Assembly (NCBI GenBank): GCA_963651795.1
Contig: CAVJQK010000001.1
Coordinates: forward strand, 1-27,299
Reading direction: 5' to 3'
Source of the DNA: Erysipelotrichaceae bacterium
Lineage (GTDB): Bacteria; Bacillota; Negativicutes; Veillonellales; Dialisteraceae
DNA: 27,299 nt
Shown: positions 7,463 to 14,613 of the stretch, piece by piece
How the letters are laid out: each line of letters opens with the position of its first letter
Numbering within the stretch: position 1 is the first letter of the stretch
Position numbers and translations under genes: made by a program
Notes under the pieces: generated by a model
What the model saw: only the letters and a program-made list of their open reading frames with translations
Databases searched by the model: none
Told to the model about the DNA's origin: nothing

Positions 7463-8515
7463 TCAATCTCCTTCGGAAATGCGGGCGGCGTCTTCTTCGG
7501 AAATGAGGCCTTCGGCGGCTTTTTGCCGTGCGGCGGCGGCCATGTCGGGCTGATGCCGGCGTTTCATTTCTTCGATGAAGGAAACGGGCGGCGCTTTTTC
7601 GCGTATTTTTTCACGGACGCGCTCGTCGACGGCCAGCATTTCGAAAATGCCGGTGCGGCCTCCGCCGTCGGACAGGCGGGCGAGGCGCTGGGAAATGAGC
7701 AAAGTGAGGGACGCCGCGAGAAGGTAGGGCGGGATGCCCATGTCAATGAGGCGAAGCGGCGCCTGAATGACGTTATTTGTATGCAAAGTCGAAAGGACGA
7801 GATGACCGGTGAGCGCGGCGTGAACGGCGATTTCGGCCGTTTCGCGGTCGCGGATTTCGCCGATCATGATGCAATCGGGATCCTGACGCACGAGAGCGCG
7901 GAGACCGCCCGCAAAGGTGAGACCGGCTTTTTCGTTCACCTGCACCTGCGTGATGCCACCGATTCTGTATTCGACGGGGTCCTCGATGGAAATGATATTG
8001 ACGGCCGGTGTATTGATGAGTTTCATCGCCGTGTAGAGCGTGGACGTTTTGCCGGAGCCGGTGGGCCCCGTCGTCAAAATCATGCCGCTTTTCCGAAGAA
8101 GCGCCGCACGGAATGTTTCCTCCTGGACGGGGAGCATACCGAGGCGGTTTTCTTCGATGAAGGGAAGATTTCCCGACAAAATACGAATGACAATGGTCTC
8201 GCCCCACATGGAGGGAAGGGCGGAAATGCGAAGATCGTAGCGCTCTTTTCCGTCCGTATGACGGGCGGCGCCGTCCTGCGGAATGCGCATTTCGCCCACA
8301 TTCATTCCGCCGATGACTTTGGCGCGGACGGCGAGATTTTTCACCATATCGGGCGCCAGACGCATAATTTCCGTCATTTCGCCGTCTTTCCGAATGCGGA
8401 CGCGGACGTATGTTTCCTGCGGTTCGATATGAATATCGCTGGCGCCGGCGCGGATGGCACGGGCGCAAATGTCATTTAATGCGGCTTCGGCGGACGCATA
8501 TCGGGTGATGTCCAT
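7463..8515 (-). CDS. pilB: Type IV pilus extension ATPase (PilB/GspE/ComGA family), short form
   Basis: 350 aa from ATG 8515 (GGGAGG RBS) with ASDIHIEP, PQDG, GPTGSGKTST, EDPVEY, RQDPDCIMIGEIRD and TGHLVLSTLH motifs. Confidence 0.9.
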   Translation of the reverse strand: MDITRYASAEAALNDICARAIRAGASDIHIEPQETYVRVRIRKDGEMTEIMRLAPDMVKNLAVRAKVIGGMNVGEMRIPQDGAARHTDGKERYDLRISALPSMWGETIVIRILSGNLPFIEENRLGMLPVQEETFRAALLRKSGMILTTGPTGSGKTSTLYTAMKLINTPAVNIISIEDPVEYRIGGITQVQVNEKAGLTFAGGLRALVRQDPDCIMIGEIRDRETAEIAVHAALTGHLVLSTLHTNNVIQAPLRLIDMGIPPYLLAASLTLLISQRLARLSDGGGRTGIFEMLAVDERVREKIREKAPPVSFIEEMKRRHQPDMAAAARQKAAEGLISEEDAARISEGD

Positions 8516-8533
8516 GCTGTTTCCTCCCGTTTC

Positions 8534-8562
8534 AAAAAAGCCCCGAACGAATCGGAGCTTTT
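8534..8562 (-). terminator. Intrinsic terminator after corA
   Basis: Minus strand AAAAGCTCCGA-TTCGT-TCGGGGC-TTTTTT. Confidence 0.75.
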
Positions 8563-8573
8563 GCAAGGTAAAA

Positions 8574-9524
8574 TCAAAGCATATCTTTTTTCCAGAGCAG
8601 CCAGGCGACGACGATCGTGACGAGGATGCCGAAGAGGACAAGATATAGGAAACCGAAAGGTTGATCGGCGAAAGGCACGGGGACATTGACGCCCCAAAGG
8701 CTGTAGATGAAAGTCGGCACGGCAAGCAAAATCGTCATGGACGTGAGGAATTTCATGATTTGCGCCAATCGATTGGAAATGATATAGGAGAACGAATCCA
8801 TCATGGACATCAAAATCGTCGTGTAAATGCCGACCATTTCCAATGCCTGCTTATTTTCGATGATGACGTCTTCCAGTAAATCTTCGTCTTCTTCATACAT
8901 TTTGAGAAGGCCGGAAAGCGTGCTCGTGCGCAGGCGCAGCAGGCGCTCCATGACATTTTCGTTTGCATGCAGCGCAAAGTTGAAGTACGTCAGAGATTTT
9001 TGCAATTCCAGCATCCGGAACAATTCCTTATTCCGCAGGGATTTGCGCACTTCGTCTTCGATGAGATCCGTCTTTTTATAAATTTGCTGCAGGTAATACA
9101 GGAAGGACGACGATGCCGTCGAAAGAATTTGAAAGAGGAAACGGGTTTTCTTGTACGTATGGAAAGCGATGCCGCTGTTCGTGAGGAATTTCCCGATGAC
9201 AAGCGACTCTTCCAGGCAGACGGTGATGATGAAACGCCGCGTGATAAAAATGCCGACCGGCAATGCGTCGTATTCATCCTGCTCGAGCACGACCGGCGTA
9301 TTGACGACGACGAAAACGTAATCGTCTTCCGTTTCCACGTGCGAACGTTCTTCACGGTCGAGGGCCGATTGAAGCACATCTGTCGGAATCCCGGAAATAT
9401 CGGACAATTTTTCCAATTCTTCTTCCGTCGGCGCCGCGCAATTAATCCAAGATCCTTTTTCCGCCGTTTCCGGAGAAATTTCGCAAAGCACATGATTTTC
9501 GTCATGTTTGTACGCTCGTAGCAT
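8574..9524 (-). CDS. corA: CorA-family Mg2+/divalent cation transporter
   Basis: 316 aa with WIN..PT.EE, LD.EER and LLEDVIIENKQA motifs, and two C-terminal TMs with GVNV (a variant of the GMN motif). AGGAGG RBS. Confidence 0.9.
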   Translation of the reverse strand: MLRAYKHDENHVLCEISPETAEKGSWINCAAPTEEELEKLSDISGIPTDVLQSALDREERSHVETEDDYVFVVVNTPVVLEQDEYDALPVGIFITRRFIITVCLEESLVIGKFLTNSGIAFHTYKKTRFLFQILSTASSSFLYYLQQIYKKTDLIEDEVRKSLRNKELFRMLELQKSLTYFNFALHANENVMERLLRLRTSTLSGLLKMYEEDEDLLEDVIIENKQALEMVGIYTTILMSMMDSFSYIISNRLAQIMKFLTSMTILLAVPTFIYSLWGVNVPVPFADQPFGFLYLVLFGILVTIVVAWLLWKKDML

Positions 9525-9556
9525 GATCCGCCTCCTTTCCCGTAATTTCTTTTTTT

Positions 9557-9585
9557 ATTATATGGCCGTTTCCCGTTTTACGCAA
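9557..9585 (-). promoter_or_regulatory. Sigma-A promoter of corA
   Basis: Minus strand TTGCGT, 17 bp spacer, TATAAT. Confidence 0.7.
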
Positions 9586-9618
9586 GGAAACGAAAGGCGG
9601 CCTTTCCGGAAACGGCCG

Positions 9619-10182
9619 TCACCGTTTGCCGCGAAATCCGCCGTCGAAACGCGCCACAAATTCGATTTGATGGCGGTCAATGTATTGCGTCACCAGAAGA
9701 GCCGTCTGCGAAGGTTGGCGATTCGTCGTATTCACCACCAAATCCGCGCGCGGTTTCCACGATTCCCACTGATTTCTCATGCGGCGCACATACCCGTCCA
9801 CATTCGTATAATCCATCGTGGGGCGCTTACCGATACGTTTGGAAACGCGCTCTGCCAGGCGAAACGGCCGCGCAATCAAAAGGACGACGAGCCCATACTC
9901 GGAAAGCAATTTGAATTTCTCTTCCGTCATGGGGAAATTTCCGCCCATGGCGATGACCGCTTCATGATAATAACGCACGTGATTGATGATATCCATCTCG
10001 GTCGCGGCAAAACGCGCCGGACCGACGCTGTCCCAATACGCGGCGATTTTCTTTCCCGTCAGCCGCTCCATGATTCGATCCGTATCCGCCAGCTGCCACT
10101 CCAGACCGTCCGCCAGAATTTTGGCGGCGCGGGACTTTCCCGTCCCCATCGGCCCGATTAAAACGATATTTCTTTTCCTCAT
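9619..10182 (-). CDS. aroK: Shikimate kinase-like P-loop kinase
   Basis: NIVLIGPMGTGKS, DTD, VIAMGG and RP lid motifs. It overlaps the upstream gene by ATGA. Substrate-binding Arg residues look substituted. Confidence 0.75.
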   Translation of the reverse strand: MRKRNIVLIGPMGTGKSRAAKILADGLEWQLADTDRIMERLTGKKIAAYWDSVGPARFAATEMDIINHVRYYHEAVIAMGGNFPMTEEKFKLLSEYGLVVLLIARPFRLAERVSKRIGKRPTMDYTNVDGYVRRMRNQWESWKPRADLVVNTTNRQPSQTALLVTQYIDRHQIEFVARFDGGFRGKR

Positions 10183-10634
10183 TCGGTACCTCTGCCACGG
10201 TATGCCGTCAAATCCGCCTCAAAGCGAAGGTGATCCCCCTCGCGTACAATGCGGCGAAACTCGACCTGCATCCATCTTTCTTTTCCATGTATTATATCAA
10301 ACATTTCAAGAAGCTGTGCAAAGTGTCCCGTACCGGAAACGGAAAGACGCAAAATCTCGCCGTGCGGCTTTTTCAAAGGCGGCGCCTCCCCGATTTTTTC
10401 GATCCGAATGCCGCGTCTTGTCATATCCGCGGCCGCTTCCGTCAAATCGGAAACCGTCGGATACAGAAACGAAGTCTCGGCGGGCGTTTCTTTGAAATTT
10501 TGAATCACTTCGTTTTCCCGCGCCGTCAAATCCGCCCGCTCGCGCACATCGGCCGCCGCGAAATGAAAATACACCGAGAGAAGAATCGCGGAAACGGAGA
10601 AACCGGCCAAGAGAATTTTTCTTTTATTTTCCAT
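10179..10634 (-). CDS. PilO-like alignment-complex protein
   Basis: 151 aa from ATG 10634 (AAGGAGG RBS). N-terminal TM, then a beta-rich LSVSGTGHFAQLLEMF segment typical of PilO/GspM. It lies directly after the PilN domain. Confidence 0.6.
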   Translation of the reverse strand: MENKRKILLAGFSVSAILLSVYFHFAAADVRERADLTARENEVIQNFKETPAETSFLYPTVSDLTEAAADMTRRGIRIEKIGEAPPLKKPHGEILRLSVSGTGHFAQLLEMFDIIHGKERWMQVEFRRIVREGDHLRFEADLTAYRGRGTE

Positions 10635-11898
10635 GGGACGCCTCCTTTTCCGCGCGGAGCTCAAATTGCAAAATCGGCGCCGCATCCGCCCGTTTCACCG
10701 ATTCCCGCCGCACATTCATCTCCCAGGAAAGAGAGAGCAGCCGCGCCAACTCGCTCACGTCGCCCGCCTTCGAAGCCGTCCCGCGGATTTTAACGGTATC
10801 GCCGCCTTCGATCGCCGAAATCGTGACTCCGGCCGGAATCGTATCCGCCAGCGTCAATAATTTTCGCTGCCACTGCCCGCCCTCTTTAAAAAATTCCGCA
10901 CATTCCCGCGCCTCGGCCACTCGCTCCGTCTCTTTCGCGCGCGCTTTCCGCATGGCCTCACGCTGCGGCGCCAGCGCTTCCCGCTGCGTGAGCGCCCTTC
11001 CCAATTCCATCCGCGCCGCCGCATATTCCGCGCCGAATCCGCACAAAAGGAGCGCCGCGAGCCCGGCCGCGCACACATAGGGCATGCTGTCCTTTCCGAT
11101 TTTCGAAAAGAAATCCTTCGCCGCACCGCCGCGCGCCAAATCCGGCTCCTTTCCGCAAGAAGCGAGCGCCGACGCCGACGAAAAGAATAATTCCTTCTCC
11201 CATGTTTCACGTGAAACATCCGTTTCCGAAGGCCGCAAAAACGCATGCCACGCCGCGCGCGTTTCCGCATCGCAATCGGCTGTGGGAAACCAGGAAATTT
11301 CGGAAACGGTCTCCCGGATTTCTCCGAGCGTTTCCTCATCGCCCAAATCGAGGCGCCGCACCTCGTCCCATACATCGCCTTTTCGAATCAGTACACGCGC
11401 CGCTTTTTTGAAGCAGAGGCAAAAGGCCCCCACCTCTTCCCGCGCCGCACAAAACGCCGGCCGAATATGAGAAATCCGCATCCCCGCGGATTGCGCGGCC
11501 TCTTCCCAACGCGCGCAGACGGCCTCCGGCACCGCCGTCGCCAGCACCCGATACCCTTCCGGCGAATGCGAGACAACCGTGCTTGCCATCCGCGGCCGTT
11601 CCATACGGAAAAGGACATCCGCCTCCCAGGAAAGAGACGATTGCAAATCCTCTTCGGGCATATCGGGAAACGGCGCAAATGTCAGCCGAAATTCCGGCCA
11701 CGTCACCATCACCGTCAAGTTTTCGGCGGAAAATCCCGCGGCACGCGCCGCCGCAAAGACCTCTTCGGGCGCAGCCGCATTCAAAAACGCATGCCGCAAA
11801 AATTTCCCGTCCGACACTTCACCGAAAAACGTAAATTCCCGCGCGGGAATACAGACCGTCACCGACTTGCTTCCGAAATTCCATCGCATCCTTACCAC
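10624..11898 (-). CDS. PilM-like / PilN fusion protein
   Basis: 424 aa: divergent PilM-like N-terminus (PDMPEEDLQSSLSWEA), one TM, a coiled coil and a C-terminal PilN-like LADTIPAGVTISAI...VKIRGTA segment. The start could instead be ATG 11889. Confidence 0.7.
   Translation of the reverse strand: MVRMRWNFGSKSVTVCIPAREFTFFGEVSDGKFLRHAFLNAAAPEEVFAAARAAGFSAENLTVMVTWPEFRLTFAPFPDMPEEDLQSSLSWEADVLFRMERPRMASTVVSHSPEGYRVLATAVPEAVCARWEEAAQSAGMRISHIRPAFCAAREEVGAFCLCFKKAARVLIRKGDVWDEVRRLDLGDEETLGEIRETVSEISWFPTADCDAETRAAWHAFLRPSETDVSRETWEKELFFSSASALASCGKEPDLARGGAAKDFFSKIGKDSMPYVCAAGLAALLLCGFGAEYAAARMELGRALTQREALAPQREAMRKARAKETERVAEARECAEFFKEGGQWQRKLLTLADTIPAGVTISAIEGGDTVKIRGTASKAGDVSELARLLSLSWEMNVRRESVKRADAAPILQFELRAEKEASHGK
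11203..11218. promoter_or_regulatory. parS: parS site, inside the pilM/N gene
   Basis: Perfect palindrome TGTTTCACGTGAAACA. Confidence 0.9.
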
Positions 11899-12305
11899 GT
11901 CTCCCGTTTATTTGTCACCGAACGCACAATGACGCCCGTTTCATCCGTTTCCACCGTCATTTGAATATACCGAAGCGATCCCGTCGACACTTTTTCGCCC
12001 CGCAGATCCGCGACGGGCCCGTCATCCTCATCCGTCCGGAGCACCACGCGGCACGCGGCATCTTCGCCCAAATCAAGCGTCACCGTGAGCGTTTCCTCCG
12101 GAAATCCGTTTCCCTTAATATATTCGAGCGCCCACACCGCGCCGCTTTCCGCCGCATATTGTGCCGTAAGCCCGTTTCGCCGCCCGGCCGCCGTCGCGGG
12201 CCCGACCGCCGCTCCGATGACGAGAGCGGATGCCACGGAAACGAGCGCCGCCATCGTCAAGAGAAGCCACAGCGCCATGAACCCGCGCCTATTCAAAATA
12301 CTCAC
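11892..12305 (-). CDS. Minor pilin, PilX/GspK-like
   Basis: Class III signal RRG|FMALW without Glu5, hydrophobic helix, and a PilX-type AQYAAESG motif. Confidence 0.72.
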   Translation of the reverse strand: MSILNRRGFMALWLLLTMAALVSVASALVIGAAVGPATAAGRRNGLTAQYAAESGAVWALEYIKGNGFPEETLTVTLDLGEDAACRVVLRTDEDDGPVADLRGEKVSTGSLRYIQMTVETDETGVIVRSVTNKRETW

Positions 12306-12819
12306 CCGTTTTCAAAAAATCGTACAGCGGAAGCACCGACGTTTCCGCCGAAAAACTTTCGCCCGATGTATGCGTCATCCGAAAGGAAACGGAAAGAAGC
12401 CCGCCCGGCTGCGTCGTAAAATACGCACTCCGCTCTCCGGGCACCACCCGATATTCCACCGGCGTCCCCGTATCCCCCGTGACGGGCTGCGAGCCGCCTT
12501 CATATACATGGAAACGCAGAATGGCGCCCGATACGGCAAAACGATACGTCTGCACGCCCGCGTTCGTCGATTTCCTTTTGAAAGAATACGAATCGGACGC
12601 CGCGCCTTCCGCCGAATTGCTTCTGTCTCTTGCGAAACGCACCGCCTCCGTCACGTACTCCGCCGCATACGCCGCATCCTCGCGCACACGAATCCGCCGC
12701 GAAAGTCCCGCCGCGATGCCGGCCGTTTCCGTAATCAAAGGAAACGCCGCCGCCGAGACGAGCGCCAGAATGCCGAGCGTCAAAAGCGCTTCCGTCATGA
12801 GAAATCCGCGCCGCTTCAT
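12289..12819 (-). CDS. Minor pilin, PilW/GspJ-like
   Basis: Class III signal KRRG|FLMTE with Glu5 followed by a hydrophobic helix; overlaps its neighbours. Confidence 0.78.
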   Translation of the reverse strand: MKRRGFLMTEALLTLGILALVSAAAFPLITETAGIAAGLSRRIRVREDAAYAAEYVTEAVRFARDRSNSAEGAASDSYSFKRKSTNAGVQTYRFAVSGAILRFHVYEGGSQPVTGDTGTPVEYRVVPGERSAYFTTQPGGLLSVSFRMTHTSGESFSAETSVLPLYDFLKTGEYFE

Positions 12820-13196
12820 TCCGTTTCCTCCGCACTTTCCCGTCCGACGAGGCAGGAAAACGACACGGTGTACCCCGTCCCATCTTCCACCGTGACGCGC
12901 ACTTTTTTCATCGGAATGCCGGACACCGATTCGACAATCGTCTCCGTGCGCACGCGAAAATCGGTCCCGTTTCGGGAAACGGATGTCGGCACGGCGATCG
13001 TTTCCCCGAAACGCGCATTGTATTTCATCGTTTCCAAAGCATCTTCGGCCAAAAGGAGCGCCGTCTCTTCCCGCGCGGCCATGGCGTCATAGCGAAGCGC
13101 CGCACCCACGGCCGTCGCCGCCGCCCCCGCCAAAAGCAGCAGAAGGCAGACCGCGACATTCGCCCAAATCAGAAAAAATCCCCGTCTACCACGCAT
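12816..13196 (-). CDS. Minor pilin, PilV/GspI-like
   Basis: RRG|FFLIW signal, hydrophobic helix, and a PilV/GspI-like ALLLAEDALE segment. Confidence 0.68.
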   Translation of the reverse strand: MRGRRGFFLIWANVAVCLLLLLAGAAATAVGAALRYDAMAAREETALLLAEDALETMKYNARFGETIAVPTSVSRNGTDFRVRTETIVESVSGIPMKKVRVTVEDGTGYTVSFSCLVGRESAEETE

Positions 13197-13680
13197 CTTC
13201 GACCCGAATCCTCCCCGTGTACATCGCCACCGTCACCCGTTTGGCGCGCGATTCATCCTCCGACATGACAATGAATTGATAATTCTTCGTTTCCGAAGGA
13301 AATCCGTTTTCGTCAAATTGCAAAAGAACCGTCTTCGGTGTGATCCGAATTCCCTCCGGAAGCCAACCGTGCGGCTCCGCCGCCTTCGGCCCGACAAAAG
13401 CATCATAACGCACACGCCCGTTTTCCTCGGCAAAAATAATCCGCCGAAATCGCGGCACGCTTCCCTTGCTCTTTTCGCCCGTTCGCGCTTCCGTCTGCGT
13501 GCGGCGAATGATGGAAATGATTTCTGTCGTCCCCGCTTCCATAAGGCGCTCTTTCTGCCAGCGCGAAAATTCGGGCACCGCAAAGGCGACCCCGATTCCC
13601 ACAATAAAAGCGACGATGAGAAGCTCCCACAGCAGCATCCCCGGCCGCCGTTTCAAAAGAAAAGAAGCCAGGCGTCCCAC
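13186..13680 (-). CDS. Minor pilin, FimT/GspH-like
   Basis: RRPG|MLLWE with Glu5, ..FAVPEF, FDENGFP and a C-terminal TGRIRV as in FimT/GspH/ComGD. Confidence 0.75.
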   Translation of the reverse strand: MGRLASFLLKRRPGMLLWELLIVAFIVGIGVAFAVPEFSRWQKERLMEAGTTEIISIIRRTQTEARTGEKSKGSVPRFRRIIFAEENGRVRYDAFVGPKAAEPHGWLPEGIRITPKTVLLQFDENGFPSETKNYQFIVMSEDESRAKRVTVAMYTGRIRVEDAW

Positions 13681-14111
13681 AGCGATTCACCCCAAAAATA
13701 CGACACGCCTCCGGAAAGGCAGAGAAACGGCGCAAAAGGCACGCCGTCCCGCCATTGTTTCACGTGAAACAAAAGAAGAAACATCCCGAAAAGTCCGCCC
13801 ATGATAAAAGAAAGCCAAACGAAAACGGCGGAGGAAACGGGCGAAAGCCAGAGTGCAATCGCACCCGCCAGCCATACATCCCCGCTTCCCATCGCGCCGC
13901 GTACCGCTTTGTATAAAAATACGAAAAACAAAAAAACGATACCCGCGGCCGCAAAGTCTTCCGCGCGGCCCCAAAAAAGCCAACGCAAAACACCGAACGC
14001 CGCCAAAAGCATCGTTTCCCAATCCGAAATCAGGCCTCTCCGAATATCTTCGATTGCCGGCAATGCCAGCAGCATGCAAAAGAAAATTCCGAAGCCGGTT
14101 TCCGCCGTCAT
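13653..14111 (-). CDS. Prepilin peptidase (A24), short form without the N-terminal domain
   Basis: 152 aa hydrophobic protein with catalytic Asp motifs IEDIR and MGSGDV, and a C-terminal VPFAPFL. Confidence 0.88.
   Translation of the reverse strand: MTAETGFGIFFCMLLALPAIEDIRRGLISDWETMLLAAFGVLRWLFWGRAEDFAAAGIVFLFFVFLYKAVRGAMGSGDVWLAGAIALWLSPVSSAVFVWLSFIMGGLFGMFLLLFHVKQWRDGVPFAPFLCLSGGVSYFWGESLWDAWLLFF
13756..13771. promoter_or_regulatory. parS: parS site, inside the prepilin peptidase gene
   Basis: Perfect palindrome TGTTTCACGTGAAACA. Confidence 0.9.
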
Positions 14112-14482
14112 GTATCGTCGGTAGCCGTCCCGTAGGACGAATACGTCACACCTTTAAATGTGCAGGTCCATTCGCCGTCCGCCCCGGGCGTATATGTCAA
14201 ATCATCCTGCGGCGGTTTCGGCACGGATTTCAGGAATCCGTTCGATTTGTCCGCCAATACTTCAAGCGAAGCAGGGTAGCTCCCTTTCTTCACGTAATAC
14301 AGCTCGGCCGCCGCCCCGATGGTCGAAAGATCCGAGCGAATCCGGGCAATTTTCGCCTCATCCGTCGCCGTGATGAAATTCGGTATGGCAACCGCCGCCA
14401 AAATGCCGATAATGGCGACCACAATCATGAGTTCGATAAAAGTGAAGCCGCGACGGCAGCGGCGCATCCATTGTTTCCTCAT
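14108..14482 (-). CDS. Major type IV pilin / pseudopilin (PilA/GspG/ComGC-like)
   Basis: Canonical RRG|FTFIELMIVVAIIGILAAVAIPNF N-terminus and a strong GGAGG RBS; first gene of the locus. Confidence 0.92.
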   Translation of the reverse strand: MRKQWMRRCRRGFTFIELMIVVAIIGILAAVAIPNFITATDEAKIARIRSDLSTIGAAAELYYVKKGSYPASLEVLADKSNGFLKSVPKPPQDDLTYTPGADGEWTCTFKGVTYSSYGTATDDT

Positions 14483-14542
14483 GTGTTTCCCCCCTCCGTA
14501 TCCAATCGGTCCGAACCGTTTCCTTTATTTCTACCTTTTTAT

Positions 14543-14598
14543 TCTATACGAATTCGGGAAACACCGCAAGTCTATACGAATTCGGGAAACACCGCAAG
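14543..14598. repeat. Exact 28-bp tandem duplication containing the pilin-operon promoter
   Basis: TCTATACGAATTCGGGAAACACCGCAAG at 14543-14570 and 14571-14598. The minus strand gives TTGCGG-17-TAGAAT and TTGCGG-17-TAGACT. Confidence 0.9.
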
Positions 14599-14613
14599 CT
14601 ATGAATCCGGATT

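Noticed and set aside
14543..14598. 28-bp repeat as a mini CRISPR array
   Set aside because: The copies are directly adjacent with no spacer and there are no cas genes in the window.
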